From contig JAAYUH010000137.1 in assembly GCA_012517755.1 (NCBI GenBank), positions 1 to 35,742 of the forward strand: DNA of 35,742 nucleotides. Direction: 5' to 3'. Made by a program: the position numbers and the translations under genes. Positions 18,679 through 28,684 of this stretch are shown here, piece after piece. The DNA is from a bacterium. Lineage in GTDB: Bacteria; Caldisericota; Caldisericia; B22-G15. The notes beneath the pieces are model-generated. The model saw only the letters and a list, made by a program, of their open reading frames with translations, did not search any database and was not told the DNA's origin. The stretch's first letter is position 1; every line of letters starts with the position of its first letter.

Positions 18679-19146
18679 ATGCAAAGAGTGTTAGGAGAAG
18701 AAATTTTAAGAAAAGCAATTCAAGGAGAGATTCAGGCTATGGAATTTTATTCTAAAGTTTCAAAGATAATTATAAATAAAAAATCAAAAAGTCTAATGCA
18801 AAATCTTGCTAATGAAGAGGAAAAACACAAAAATATACTTCAAAAAAGATACAATTTTTTATACAAAAAAGATTTTGAAGAGATTCCAGATTTTATTTTT
18901 GATAAAAATCTAAACACAAAAAATCTTGGTTTAAATTCAAAAAGTGATGCACTTCAAATATTAAGTTCAGCAATAGAAGCAGAGACACATGCTGTAGAGT
19001 TTTATAGTGAATTATTGAATCAAACAGATTCACACGAAGATATTGAACTCCTAAAATCTTTAATAAAATTTGAAGAAACTCACAAAATTAAACTTCAAGA
19101 TGAATATAAATCTATGAATAAAAATTTTACATGGCAAATACCTTAA
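18679..19146 (+). CDS. Ferritin-like diiron protein (rubrerythrin family four-helix bundle, no rubredoxin domain)
   Basis: 155 aa with a duplicated E...ExxH ligand pattern: GEIQAMEFY / EEEKH and EAETHAVEFY / EETH. Confidence 0.75.
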   Translation: MQRVLGEEILRKAIQGEIQAMEFYSKVSKIIINKKSKSLMQNLANEEEKHKNILQKRYNFLYKKDFEEIPDFIFDKNLNTKNLGLNSKSDALQILSSAIEAETHAVEFYSELLNQTDSHEDIELLKSLIKFEETHKIKLQDEYKSMNKNFTWQIP

Positions 19147-19162
19147 TTTTAAGGAGGTAAGA

Positions 19163-19882
19163 ATGGCTGTTGTTTCTGTTAATAATTTATCTAAGGATTA
19201 TGCTAATTTAAGAGCAGTTGACAATATCTCTTTTACAATTGAGGAAGGTGAAATTTTTGGACTTATTGGACCAAATGGAGCAGGAAAAACAACAACTTTA
19301 AGAATAATGGCAACAATTTTAACTCCGACTTCAGGTGATATAAAAATATTTGGATATGATTTGAAGAGTGAAGGTCAAAAAATTAGAGAAATCGTGAGTT
19401 ATCTTCCTGAAGAGGCAGGTGCTTATAAAAATTTAACAGGTTTAGATTATCTAAATTTTATGGCATCACTTTATGCCAATAATAAAAGTGAAAAAGATAA
19501 ATTTGTTGAAAATGCAATTGATATTGCAAAGCTTGAGGATAGAATTAAAGATAAAATTTCTACATATAGTAAAGGTATGGTAAGAAAACTTCTTCTTTCA
19601 AGAAGTTTAATGTATAAACCAAAACTCGCAATTTTAGATGAACCAACAAGTGGTCTTGATGTTATAAATTCCATTGAAATAAGAAAAATAATAAAGAGTT
19701 TCACACAAAATGGTACGACAGTTCTTCTTTCATCTCATAATATGTTAGAGGTTGAATTTTTATCAGATAGGATTGCCTTAATTAACAAAGGAAAAATTCT
19801 TGTTGAAGGTAAACCTGATGATTTGAAAAAAGAATATAATGCGAGAAATATTGAAGAAGTATTCATAGGAGCCATACAATGA
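19163..19882 (+). CDS. ABC transporter ATP-binding protein (ABC-2/NatA-like exporter subfamily)
   Basis: Walker A GPNGAGKTT, signature YSKGMVRKL, Walker B LAILDEPTSGLD, H-loop SSHNM. Confidence 0.9.
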   Translation: MAVVSVNNLSKDYANLRAVDNISFTIEEGEIFGLIGPNGAGKTTTLRIMATILTPTSGDIKIFGYDLKSEGQKIREIVSYLPEEAGAYKNLTGLDYLNFMASLYANNKSEKDKFVENAIDIAKLEDRIKDKISTYSKGMVRKLLLSRSLMYKPKLAILDEPTSGLDVINSIEIRKIIKSFTQNGTTVLLSSHNMLEVEFLSDRIALINKGKILVEGKPDDLKKEYNARNIEEVFIGAIQ

Positions 19883-21174
19883 GAAAGTTTTTAATATTGT
19901 TTAATAAAGAAATTAAGAATTTAATTACAATTCAATTGATTTTACCATTAATTATAATGGTTGTTCTTTTTTCATTCATTGGTAGTTTTGTTTCAGAACA
20001 AGTAGAAAAAGAACAAGAACCCAAAAAAATTGCTGTAGTCGATTATGATAATTCTATTTTATCAAACGATGTTATAGAATCTCTTAAATCAGGAAATTTT
20101 ATAATAGATAAAGTTTCTTTATCAAAGGAGGAAGCGCTTGATTATGTAAAAAATAATAATATTTCTACATTAGTTGTTATACCATCTGGATTTCAAGATA
20201 ATGTGAATAGATTTTTTCAAAATGAAATTGAAATTTATAATATTATGAAAGGTATGTCTTTTGCAAATATTTCGAGTTCAGTTTCTACACAGATTATACT
20301 TTCAAGTATAAATGAAATAATATCAAATAGATATATATCTGAAGAATTTATCGGGATGAATCCTAATGTTATAAAAAATCCTGTTAAGATCAAAAGTTAT
20401 GTAATGGTTAAAGATAAAATAGCTAATACTACAGTTGAAACAATTACAGGAGCTGTAACATCACAAAATATATTTATACCAATAATATTGATGATTGTTA
20501 TAATTTTTTCTTCTCAGATGATTGTTTCAACTATTGCAAGTGAGAAAGAGAATAAAACTCTTGAAACACTATTAACAATGCCAATAAATAGAACATCGAT
20601 ACTTTTTTCGAAAATGCTGTCATCAGGTGTTGTTGCGCTTATAATGTCAGCAGTTTATATGATTGGTTTTAAAAATTATATGGGTGGAATAACAGGAGGT
20701 GTAACATCTGGTACTCAAACTTCTTCAGAATTATCAAAAATTTTAGTTGAACTTGGTTTGACATTTAATGCCCAATCTTATATTTTATTAGGAATTTCAC
20801 TTTTTTTTGCAATATTATGTGCTTTATCTCTCTCTACAATTCTTGCTGTTCACGCTGAAAATGTTCAAAGTGCTCAAACTCTTATAACACCAATCATGAT
20901 TTTGTTATTGATTCCTTATTTCTTAAGTTTGTTTACTGATCTAAACTCTCTTCCTTTAATTATTAGAATTTTACTTTTTTTAATACCTTTTTCTCATCCA
21001 TTTATTGCATCACAAAATTTAATTTTTGGAAACACTTTACCAGTAATATATGGAATAGTATATATGGCTATATTTTTTGTTATCTGTTTGATTATTGCAA
21101 CAAAAATTTTCTCTTCAGACAGAATTTTAACAGCTAAGATAAAAATAAAGAGAGGTTTTGTAAAAAGTAGATAA
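19879..21174 (+). CDS. ABC-2 type transporter permease (NatB-like, large extracytoplasmic loop after TM1)
   Basis: 431 aa. N-terminal TM, then an ~150 aa soluble loop, then about 5 TM segments, with the EKENKTLETLLTMPI motif typical of this family. ATGA overlap with the ATPase gene. Confidence 0.8.
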   Translation: MRKFLILFNKEIKNLITIQLILPLIIMVVLFSFIGSFVSEQVEKEQEPKKIAVVDYDNSILSNDVIESLKSGNFIIDKVSLSKEEALDYVKNNNISTLVVIPSGFQDNVNRFFQNEIEIYNIMKGMSFANISSSVSTQIILSSINEIISNRYISEEFIGMNPNVIKNPVKIKSYVMVKDKIANTTVETITGAVTSQNIFIPIILMIVIIFSSQMIVSTIASEKENKTLETLLTMPINRTSILFSKMLSSGVVALIMSAVYMIGFKNYMGGITGGVTSGTQTSSELSKILVELGLTFNAQSYILLGISLFFAILCALSLSTILAVHAENVQSAQTLITPIMILLLIPYFLSLFTDLNSLPLIIRILLFLIPFSHPFIASQNLIFGNTLPVIYGIVYMAIFFVICLIIATKIFSSDRILTAKIKIKRGFVKSR

Positions 21175-21207
21175 CAACTTACCGATCTTTTTTGATAAAA
21201 TTATTGT

Positions 21208-21936
21208 ATGAACTTCTTAGATGGGGTCATAATATTAATTTTAATTTTTGCATGCTTCTTGGGTTATAAAAGAGGTATTTTCAAAACAGTTATATCGATT
21301 GTTTTTTTTATTTTAAGTATTTATCTTGCTTATAAATTTTCATCAAATCTTACTCTTTTTCTTGAAAGCAGAATGAATTTTGTTACTAATATAAAAAATT
21401 ATATCGCAAATCATATAAATTTACCTCCTGAGACTAAAATATTACCTTCAACAATAGAGAATTTAAAATTATATATATCAAACCTCACTCTTCCATCTTT
21501 TTTTAAATCATGGCTTACTGAAAACCTTCCTTTTTTGTCTTCATTTGATAATCTTATAACTGTATATGATTCATATTTATACCTATTATCTGTAGTTATT
21601 GGTGAGATAATCTCTTTTTTCATTTTATTTCTTATCTTTATGATAATTTTTTCAATATTAAAAAAGCTTTTAGGTGGCATAATACATAAAATACCGATTT
21701 TAGGAACCTTAGATAGACTTTTAGGACTTATTTTTAATTTACTTTTATATTTTTCTATTATAGTTTTTTGTGTATTTATTTTATCAAATCTTTTTTTAAA
21801 TTATCTTACGCCAAATTCTAATTTTTATAAATTTTTTAATAGCTCTTTTTTCGTTGGTTTTATACAGGAAAATATGGTATTATTTAAATCACTTCTCAAT
21901 CTAATTATAAGAAAAGCCATGGAGGTCTTTATTTGA
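21208..21936 (+). CDS. cvpA: CvpA (colicin V production) family membrane protein
   Basis: N-terminus MNFLDGVIILILIFACFLGYKRGIFKTVISIV is the typical CvpA start; 242 aa polytopic protein. Confidence 0.7.
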   Translation: MNFLDGVIILILIFACFLGYKRGIFKTVISIVFFILSIYLAYKFSSNLTLFLESRMNFVTNIKNYIANHINLPPETKILPSTIENLKLYISNLTLPSFFKSWLTENLPFLSSFDNLITVYDSYLYLLSVVIGEIISFFILFLIFMIIFSILKKLLGGIIHKIPILGTLDRLLGLIFNLLLYFSIIVFCVFILSNLFLNYLTPNSNFYKFFNSSFFVGFIQENMVLFKSLLNLIIRKAMEVFI

Positions 21937-23444
21937 AAAAAGTTTTAGTAATTTTATTGATTTTTATGTTATTAAAGATAAATTTTGTATATGGAATAGA
22001 AAAAGATGTCAAAGTTTTATTATTTAAAAATCCGTTTGATATCAAAATTGAGGGTAACTTAAATGTTTTTTATACAGGGCAGAATATTTTAAATGAATCT
22101 AAAATATATTGCTTCAATAAAAATGTAAAATCTTTGAGATTGAGAGTTGGTATTTTTTCAAACATATTAGACGCAATAAATTATTCTAAGAATTTAGCTA
22201 ATGCTTTTTTAAATAAAGAGATCTTTATAAGCAATGAAAACGAAAAGTTTAATGTTGATATTGGTGATTTTATCTCGAATGAGGAGAGGGATATTTTTAG
22301 ATTGATAAATAAAGATAAGATACCTTTTTCTATGGATATTTTAATAGATGGTTCATATCTTTTTTTAGGGTCTGATAGAATAAAAATCAGTTTTGATAAT
22401 AGTTTAAAAGATGGAATAATTTTCGAAATTAAATCAATTAACAATTATATAAAAATCAATGGAAGGAATTATAGAGGTTATGTCTATATTTATAAAAACA
22501 TTAGTTCTTTTTATGTTATTAATAAACTAAATATTGAGGATTATCTTAAAGGAGTTGTTCCGTCTGAGATGCCAGAATCTTTTAATCTTGAATCATTAAA
22601 AGCACAAGCAGTTGCTTCAAGAACTTATGTTTTATCAAGAATTAAAGATAAAAATATTTATGATGTCACATCAACTCCAGATACACAAGCTTATCTTGGT
22701 ATGGATAAAGAGAGTGAAAAAACAAATAGAGCGGTTGATGAAACACAAGATGAAGTGATAACTTATAATGGAAAGATAATTGAAGCTGTTTATCATTCAA
22801 CATCAGGAGGTTATACTGAAAACAATGAAAATGTATGGAATTCTGTTCCATATCCATATTTAAGGGGTGTAGAAAGTCCTTATGAAGAGAAATCTCCACA
22901 TTATGAATGGAATAAATCTTTCACAAATTATAAAGTTCAAAGATTGATAAAAAAATATACCCTTGATAATAACCTTTTAGATATTGGAGAAGTTTTAAAT
23001 TTTGAAGTTATAAGAAGAGGAGTATCTCCAAGAGTTATTGAGATAAAAATAATTGGTATGTATGGTGATTTAATTCTAAATGGAACAACATTTCAAACTA
23101 TTTTTGGTTTAAAAAGTACATGGTTTGATTTTGAATTTAAAAATTATTCCTCACCCTATATCACATCATTTTTAACAATGATTGAGATTGTTCCACTTTT
23201 TAAACCAGCCACTGAATTAATTTTTAATAAATTTACTCCATATGAAAATAATATTTATGATTTAAGAAAAAAGAGGTGGGATATAGTTACTTTTTCTGGA
23301 AAAGGTTGGGGGCATGGTGTTGGGATGAGTCAATGGGGTGCTCAGGGATTAAGCGAGAATGGATTCAATTATATCGATATATTAAAACATTTTTATACTG
23401 GTGTAGAAATAAAAAAATATAACTATGGATATCGAACTTTTTAA
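21933..23444 (+). CDS. SpoIID/LytB domain protein (peptidoglycan lytic transglycosylase / amidase enhancer family) with a SPOR-like N-terminal region
   Basis: TTG start 7 nt after GGAGG; signal-like N-terminus; VPSEMPESFNLESLKAQAVASRTY, YHSTSGGYTENNENVW, GHGVGMSQWGAQG. Confidence 0.88.
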   Translation: MKKVLVILLIFMLLKINFVYGIEKDVKVLLFKNPFDIKIEGNLNVFYTGQNILNESKIYCFNKNVKSLRLRVGIFSNILDAINYSKNLANAFLNKEIFISNENEKFNVDIGDFISNEERDIFRLINKDKIPFSMDILIDGSYLFLGSDRIKISFDNSLKDGIIFEIKSINNYIKINGRNYRGYVYIYKNISSFYVINKLNIEDYLKGVVPSEMPESFNLESLKAQAVASRTYVLSRIKDKNIYDVTSTPDTQAYLGMDKESEKTNRAVDETQDEVITYNGKIIEAVYHSTSGGYTENNENVWNSVPYPYLRGVESPYEEKSPHYEWNKSFTNYKVQRLIKKYTLDNNLLDIGEVLNFEVIRRGVSPRVIEIKIIGMYGDLILNGTTFQTIFGLKSTWFDFEFKNYSSPYITSFLTMIEIVPLFKPATELIFNKFTPYENNIYDLRKKRWDIVTFSGKGWGHGVGMSQWGAQGLSENGFNYIDILKHFYTGVEIKKYNYGYRTF

Positions 23445-24438
23445 CTATGATTTACCAAGAGAGCTGATTGCTCAAAAACCCCTTAAAGATAGAGATAAAG
23501 CAAGGATGTTGGTCTTGAAAAGAACAAATAATGAAATTTTTCATTCCTATTTTTACAATCTTCCTGAGTTTTTAGATAGAGGAGATTTATTGATATTAAA
23601 TAATAGTAAAGTTATAAAAGCTAAGTTAGAAATAACTCTTGATACTGGTGGAAAACTCGATGCTATTTTTTTAAGAGGAGATGGAAATAAAATTGAAATT
23701 TTATGTGAAAAAAGTAAAAAATTAAGATTAGGAAGAAAAATATTTTTTAAAGATAAAACCGAAGGTGTTGTGAAAGAGGTTTTAGATGGTGGTAGAAGGA
23801 TTATAGAAGTAAAAGATTTAAAAGACCATCTAACTTTTCTAAACAGAGTTGGTGAAGTGCCTCTACCTCCATATATTAAAGTAAGAGATGTAGATTTAGA
23901 TGATTATCAAACAATATATGCAGAGGTTGAAGGTTCTATTGCAGCTCCAACTGCAGGATTTCATTTTACTGAAAACCTCTTTGATAATTTAAGAAATAAA
24001 GGTATCTCAATAGAATATATCACTCTTCATGTTGGAACTCCTACTTTTAGACCTTTGAAGGTAAATGATATTGATAATTACCAAATAGGGGAAGAGTATT
24101 ATGAAATAGATGAAGAGGTTATAAAAAAGATAAAGGAGACAAAAGAAAGGGAAAAAAGAGTTGTTGCTGTTGGAACAACTGTAGTAAGAGCGCTCGAATC
24201 TTTGAAGATAGGTGATGAAACTAAAAGTGTTAAAGGAAAGACTAACATTTTTATAAAACCTCCATTTAATTTTAAAGTAGTGGATGCAATGATAACCAAT
24301 TTTCATTTACCAAAAACATCACTCCTTATTCTTGTATCAGCTTTTGCAGGCAGAGAAAAAATATTAAATGCATATAAAGTTGCAGTTGAAAATAAATATA
24401 GATTTTATTCATTTGGTGATGGGATGTTAATTTTATGA
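23425..24438 (+). CDS. queA: S-adenosylmethionine:tRNA ribosyltransferase-isomerase
   Basis: 337 aa; FNYDLPRELIAQKPL..RD..RMLVL, PLPPYI, AAPTAGFHFT, VGTTVVRALES, FYSFGDGMLI. Confidence 0.93.
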   Translation: MDIELFNYDLPRELIAQKPLKDRDKARMLVLKRTNNEIFHSYFYNLPEFLDRGDLLILNNSKVIKAKLEITLDTGGKLDAIFLRGDGNKIEILCEKSKKLRLGRKIFFKDKTEGVVKEVLDGGRRIIEVKDLKDHLTFLNRVGEVPLPPYIKVRDVDLDDYQTIYAEVEGSIAAPTAGFHFTENLFDNLRNKGISIEYITLHVGTPTFRPLKVNDIDNYQIGEEYYEIDEEVIKKIKETKEREKRVVAVGTTVVRALESLKIGDETKSVKGKTNIFIKPPFNFKVVDAMITNFHLPKTSLLILVSAFAGREKILNAYKVAVENKYRFYSFGDGMLIL

Positions 24439-24444
24439 TTTTAT

Positions 24445-24453
24445 TGTTATAAT
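24445..24453 (+). promoter_or_regulatory. Extended -10 promoter element TGTTATAAT upstream of the aminotransferase gene
   Basis: Exact TGnTATAAT 50 nt upstream of ATG 24503; AGGAGG at 24493-24498. Confidence 0.5.
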
Positions 24454-24502
24454 ATTTTAAGCATAAAAGGATTTAATAATTTGTAAATATAAAGGAGGAA
24501 AG

Positions 24503-25672
24503 ATGATTAGATTTGCTGAAAGAACATCAATGATGGGCACAGAAGGAGCCTTTGAGGTGCTTGCAAGAGCAAAGGCTCTCGAGAGGGAGGGTAAAGAGGT
24601 ATATCATCTTGAAATTGGTGAACCAGATTTTGATACTCCAGAGAATATAAAGAAAGCTGCACTCGATGCATTAAATAAAGGCTATACACATTATACTCCA
24701 TCAACGGGTTTATTTGAAACAAGACAAGCAATTGCAAACTACATTTCAAGAACAAGAGGCTTTGATGTAAAACCCGAAGAGGTTATTGTTACAGCAGGCG
24801 CAAAACCAGTAATTGTTTATTCTATTTTATCCCTTGTTGAGAAAGGAGAAGAGGTAATATATCCCGATCCAGGATATCCAATTTATAACTCTGCTGCAAG
24901 AATGGCTGAAGCAAAATTAGTGCCTCTTCCACTTTTAGAAGATAAAGAGTTCAAATTTGATTTATCTGATCTTGAGAAAAGAGTAACAAATAAAACAAGA
25001 GTAATTGTTATAAATTCTCCACATAACCCTACTGGTGGAATTTTAACACTTGATGATTTTTATGGAATTAGAGATATTATTGGAAATAAAGATATTTACA
25101 TAGTGGCTGATGAAATTTATTCAAGAATAGTATATGAAGGTGAGTTTGTTTCAATTACAAAAGTTAAAGAATTAAGAGATAGAACTATTATAATTGATGG
25201 ATTCTCAAAAACATATGCAATGACTGGTTGGAGACTTGGTTATGGAGTTGCAAATCCTGATATTATAAATATGATTGCAAAATATGTTACAAACAGTTAT
25301 TCCTGTCCAACTGCATTTGTACAGATAGCTGGCATTGAAGCTCTTGAGGGTAATCAGAGTGCTGTTGACTATATGGTTAAAGAATTTAAAGAAAGAAGAG
25401 ATATTATTGTTAAAGGTCTGAATGAAATTAAAGGCGTTAGTTGTAAACTTCCAAAGGGAGCTTTTTATGTATTTCCAAATATAAAGAGTTTTGGAAAAAG
25501 TTCAAACGAAATACATAACTATTTATTAAATGAACATGGTATTGCCTGTCTACCTGGAACAAGTTTTGGGGGATTTGGAGAAGGTTATTTAAGATTTTCA
25601 TATGCAACAAGTAAGGAAAATATTAAAAAAGCATTGTTGAAACTAAATGAAGCTTTTTCAAAGGTGAGATAA
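24503..25672 (+). CDS. Class I/II PLP-dependent aminotransferase (aspartate aminotransferase-like)
   Basis: 389 aa; LEIGEPDFDTP, NSPHNPTG, PLP-lysine motif FSKTYAMTGWRLGY, LRFSYA. Confidence 0.9.
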   Translation: MIRFAERTSMMGTEGAFEVLARAKALEREGKEVYHLEIGEPDFDTPENIKKAALDALNKGYTHYTPSTGLFETRQAIANYISRTRGFDVKPEEVIVTAGAKPVIVYSILSLVEKGEEVIYPDPGYPIYNSAARMAEAKLVPLPLLEDKEFKFDLSDLEKRVTNKTRVIVINSPHNPTGGILTLDDFYGIRDIIGNKDIYIVADEIYSRIVYEGEFVSITKVKELRDRTIIIDGFSKTYAMTGWRLGYGVANPDIINMIAKYVTNSYSCPTAFVQIAGIEALEGNQSAVDYMVKEFKERRDIIVKGLNEIKGVSCKLPKGAFYVFPNIKSFGKSSNEIHNYLLNEHGIACLPGTSFGGFGEGYLRFSYATSKENIKKALLKLNEAFSKVR

Positions 25673-25673
25673 T

Positions 25674-26537
25674 ATGGATTATATTAGTTTATTACTCTGG
25701 CTATTTATATTTATATCCCTTTTTTATCCTGTTATGCAAAGAAGACAGATCGAACTTAGTAGATTAAGAGTAATCGCTAATCTTCAAAAAAAGAGAAAAA
25801 CCAGAGTTATAACTTTAATTCATAGAGAAGAATCAATTTCCTTTTTTGGCATACCTTTTAGAAAAATGATAGATATAGAAGATTCAGAACAAATTTTGAG
25901 GGTGATAAGAGAAACTCCAGATAAAATGCCAATAGATTTAATTTTACATACACCAGGAGGTCTTGTGCTTGCTGCAGAACAGATTGCGAGAGCCCTGATT
26001 AGAAGAGAAGGTAAAGTTACATGCTTTATACCACATTATGCAATGTCTGGTGGAACTTTAGTAGCACTCGCAGCAGATGAAATTGTTATTGATAAAAATG
26101 CTGTTATGGGTCCAATCGATCCACAATTAGGAGGATATCCAGCAATATCTATATTAAAAACAGTAGAAAGAAAAAATATCAATGACTTAGATGATCAAAC
26201 TCTTATTCTTGCCGATATAGCAGAAAAAGCAATAAATCAAGTTTATGAACTTGCAGTTGAAATTTTAAGTGATAAAGAAAAAGATGGAATTTTATCGAAA
26301 GAGAAGATAGAGGAAATAGCTAAAGAGCTAACATCTGGAAAATGGACGCATGATTATCCTTTGACTTGTGAAAGGATAAAAAATCTTGGTTTAAATGTCA
26401 CATTTAATATGCCAGAAGATGTTTATGCTTTAATGAGCTTATACCCTCAAGCTGGTACAGGTAGACCATCTGTTCAATATGTACCTCTTCCAGTTCAACC
26501 TTCACCAACATCTCCAAAAAAAGGAAAAAGTGAATAA
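25674..26537 (+). CDS. Membrane-anchored SDH-family ClpP-fold serine proteinase
   Basis: N-terminal TM helix, then ITLIHREE, DLILHTPGGLVLAAEQIARAL, HYAMSGGTLVALAADEIVID, GPIDPQLG. Starts 1 nt after the aminotransferase stop. Confidence 0.8.
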   Translation: MDYISLLLWLFIFISLFYPVMQRRQIELSRLRVIANLQKKRKTRVITLIHREESISFFGIPFRKMIDIEDSEQILRVIRETPDKMPIDLILHTPGGLVLAAEQIARALIRREGKVTCFIPHYAMSGGTLVALAADEIVIDKNAVMGPIDPQLGGYPAISILKTVERKNINDLDDQTLILADIAEKAINQVYELAVEILSDKEKDGILSKEKIEEIAKELTSGKWTHDYPLTCERIKNLGLNVTFNMPEDVYALMSLYPQAGTGRPSVQYVPLPVQPSPTSPKKGKSE

Positions 26538-27474
26538 AAAAAATAGTTTAGAAAATTTAATAGATAATATTGAAAAGGTAATTGTAGGAAAAAGAGATGT
26601 AATAGAAAAAGTTATCATTTCTTTAATTTCTGGGGGCCACCTTTTAATTGAAGATGTTCCAGGTATTGGGAAAACTATGCTTGCTAAAGCTCTTGCAAAA
26701 AGTGTCAATCTTGATTTTAAAAGAATACAATTCACGCCAGATTTATTACCATCAGATATAATAGGAATAACTATTTATAATGAAAAGACAAGAGAATTTG
26801 AATTTAAAAAAGGTCCTATTTTTTCAAATATAATTTTAGCTGATGAAATAAATAGAAGCACTCCAAAGACTCAGTCAGCTCTTCTTGAGGCAATGGAAGA
26901 AAGACAAGTGACTGTTGATGGAGTAACACATAATTTAATAGAGCCATTTTTTGTTATTGCAACAGAAAATCCAATTGAATATGAAGGTACATTTCCCTTA
27001 CCTGAAGCTCAACTTGATAGATTTTTTATGAAAATTGAGGTTGGATATCCTAAAAAAAATTATGAAATTGAAATGTTGAGTAGATTAGAAAAAGTTCACC
27101 CAATTTTAACAATTGAAGATGTTATTTCAAAAGATGAGATAATTGAAATTCAAAATGAGGTTAAAAATGTATATGTTGATGAAAGTTTAAAAGAATATAT
27201 AGTGAATCTTGGAATTACTTTAAGAGAAGACGAAGATATATATTTGGGACCTTCACCAAGAGGGCTTTTAATTTTGATGAAGGTCTCTCAAGCAAGAGCA
27301 TTTCTTTATGGTAGAAGCTACATTATTCCTGATGATATTAAAGAGTTGTTCTTTTCTGTTATGTCTCATAGAATTATAGTTAAACCTGAATCTAAAATTA
27401 AAGGGATAAATGAAAAAGATGTATTAGAAAGGGTATTATTAAAAGTAGAAATTCCAATTGATAAGAAAGCATAA
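26530..27474 (+). CDS. MoxR-family AAA+ ATPase
   Basis: Walker A DVPGIGKTMLAKALA, Walker B IILADEINR, ATENPIEYEGTFPLPEAQLDRF, PSPRG. The ORF track starts at ATG 26479 (59-nt overlap). In-frame GTG 26530 gives a typical MoxR N-terminus and only an 8-nt overlap. Confidence 0.9.
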   Translation: MNKKNSLENLIDNIEKVIVGKRDVIEKVIISLISGGHLLIEDVPGIGKTMLAKALAKSVNLDFKRIQFTPDLLPSDIIGITIYNEKTREFEFKKGPIFSNIILADEINRSTPKTQSALLEAMEERQVTVDGVTHNLIEPFFVIATENPIEYEGTFPLPEAQLDRFFMKIEVGYPKKNYEIEMLSRLEKVHPILTIEDVISKDEIIEIQNEVKNVYVDESLKEYIVNLGITLREDEDIYLGPSPRGLLILMKVSQARAFLYGRSYIIPDDIKELFFSVMSHRIIVKPESKIKGINEKDVLERVLLKVEIPIDKKA

Positions 27475-28684
27475 AAAAGAGATATTATTTATAATTTTAA
27501 TCTTATTTGGATATTTTATACATTCATATTTAATAATTTCAATTTCATCCTTTTTTCTTTTATACATAATAATTTTCAATATTATTTTAAAAATAAAAGA
27601 TGATTATTTAGATTACAAAGTAAAAATCACTCCTGAAATGATAATAGAAGGTGAAAATATTAAAATTACATATTTTTTTAAATTTAACTATAACTTCCCC
27701 CCTATTTGTGAAATAATACCAGATTTACCTATTTACTTTATTCCAATTGATAAAAAAAATACAGTAGTTGAAGTAAAAAAAGATTTAAATTATGAACATT
27801 CTTTTGTTCTAAGAACAAAAAAATTTGGTAAGTATTATATTGGAAATTTTAAGATTAAAATTTTAGATCCACTTGGTCTAGTTCAAAAAGAGAAATATAT
27901 AAACCTAAATATTGAAGTCAATGTTTTTCCAAAGATCATAAGAATAGAAAAATCCATAATAAAACTCAAAGAGCCATCATTTGGTTTAAAAGTTAAAGAA
28001 AAAATATTTGAAGATTATACTTCTATTAAAGGTTTTTCAAAATATACAGGCACAGAAGAATTGAAAAGAATTGACTGGAAAATTTCCGCACATTTAGGAA
28101 AATTAATGATAAGAGAATATCCTTCAACAGCAATAACTTCAATAACAATAATTGTTGATGCATTCGCATCAAAAAATCCAAGAAATCAAGAGATATTTAT
28201 AGAGCATGTCTCAACTTTAGTATCATCTTTTTCATATTATTTTGAATTAAATAGATTTAACTATGGTTTATGGATAATTGGAAAAGAAAAAATTAAGGAA
28301 AGTAATGGAAAGGGTCATCTCTTAAAAATTCTTTCTGAAATTACCAATATTAATCAAGAAAAAGAGTATGATTTTAATGAATATTTTCAAAATAATAGAA
28401 AAGAATTAAAAGACCTAAACAATATTCTTCTCTTAAAACAGACAATATCCATAGATGAGTTGTTAAACCTTATTAAAATAAAATCATATAACACTAATTA
28501 CACAATATTTCTTCTTCCAGATTATGGTTTTTTATTTCCATGGGAAAAGCCACACCCATACATTCTTTCTGAAACAAAGGAAGTTGAAAATATAAGAAAT
28601 ATTAAAGATAGTTTAAAAAAATATGGTATTAGTATTATAATATTAAGAGGAAATGAGTCGATCAAAAATTTTATTTTTATATAA
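27458..28684 (+). CDS. DUF58 domain protein (MoxR-associated, degenerate vWA-like fold) with N-terminal TM hairpin
   Basis: 408 aa; KRIDWKISAHLGKLMIREY matches the DUF58 signature; TTG start overlaps moxR by 17 nt. Confidence 0.8.
   Translation: MIRKHKKEILFIILILFGYFIHSYLIISISSFFLLYIIIFNIILKIKDDYLDYKVKITPEMIIEGENIKITYFFKFNYNFPPICEIIPDLPIYFIPIDKKNTVVEVKKDLNYEHSFVLRTKKFGKYYIGNFKIKILDPLGLVQKEKYINLNIEVNVFPKIIRIEKSIIKLKEPSFGLKVKEKIFEDYTSIKGFSKYTGTEELKRIDWKISAHLGKLMIREYPSTAITSITIIVDAFASKNPRNQEIFIEHVSTLVSSFSYYFELNRFNYGLWIIGKEKIKESNGKGHLLKILSEITNINQEKEYDFNEYFQNNRKELKDLNNILLLKQTISIDELLNLIKIKSYNTNYTIFLLPDYGFLFPWEKPHPYILSETKEVENIRNIKDSLKKYGISIIILRGNESIKNFIFI

Noticed and set aside
21175-21207. Possible promoter or leaderless start for cvpA (TTGATA at 21192-21197, no SD before ATG 21208).
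   Set aside because: No acceptable -10 hexamer sits at the right spacing, and the 33-nt gap is compatible with read-through from the ABC-2 operon. The evidence is insufficient to call a feature.
26479-26529. Upstream ATG start for the MoxR gene, giving a 59-nt overlap with the protease gene.
   Set aside because: The extra 17 residues (MYLFQFNLHQHLQKKEK) have no counterpart in MoxR proteins as I know them. In-frame GTG 26530 gives a conventional short overlap. This is kept as an alternative only.
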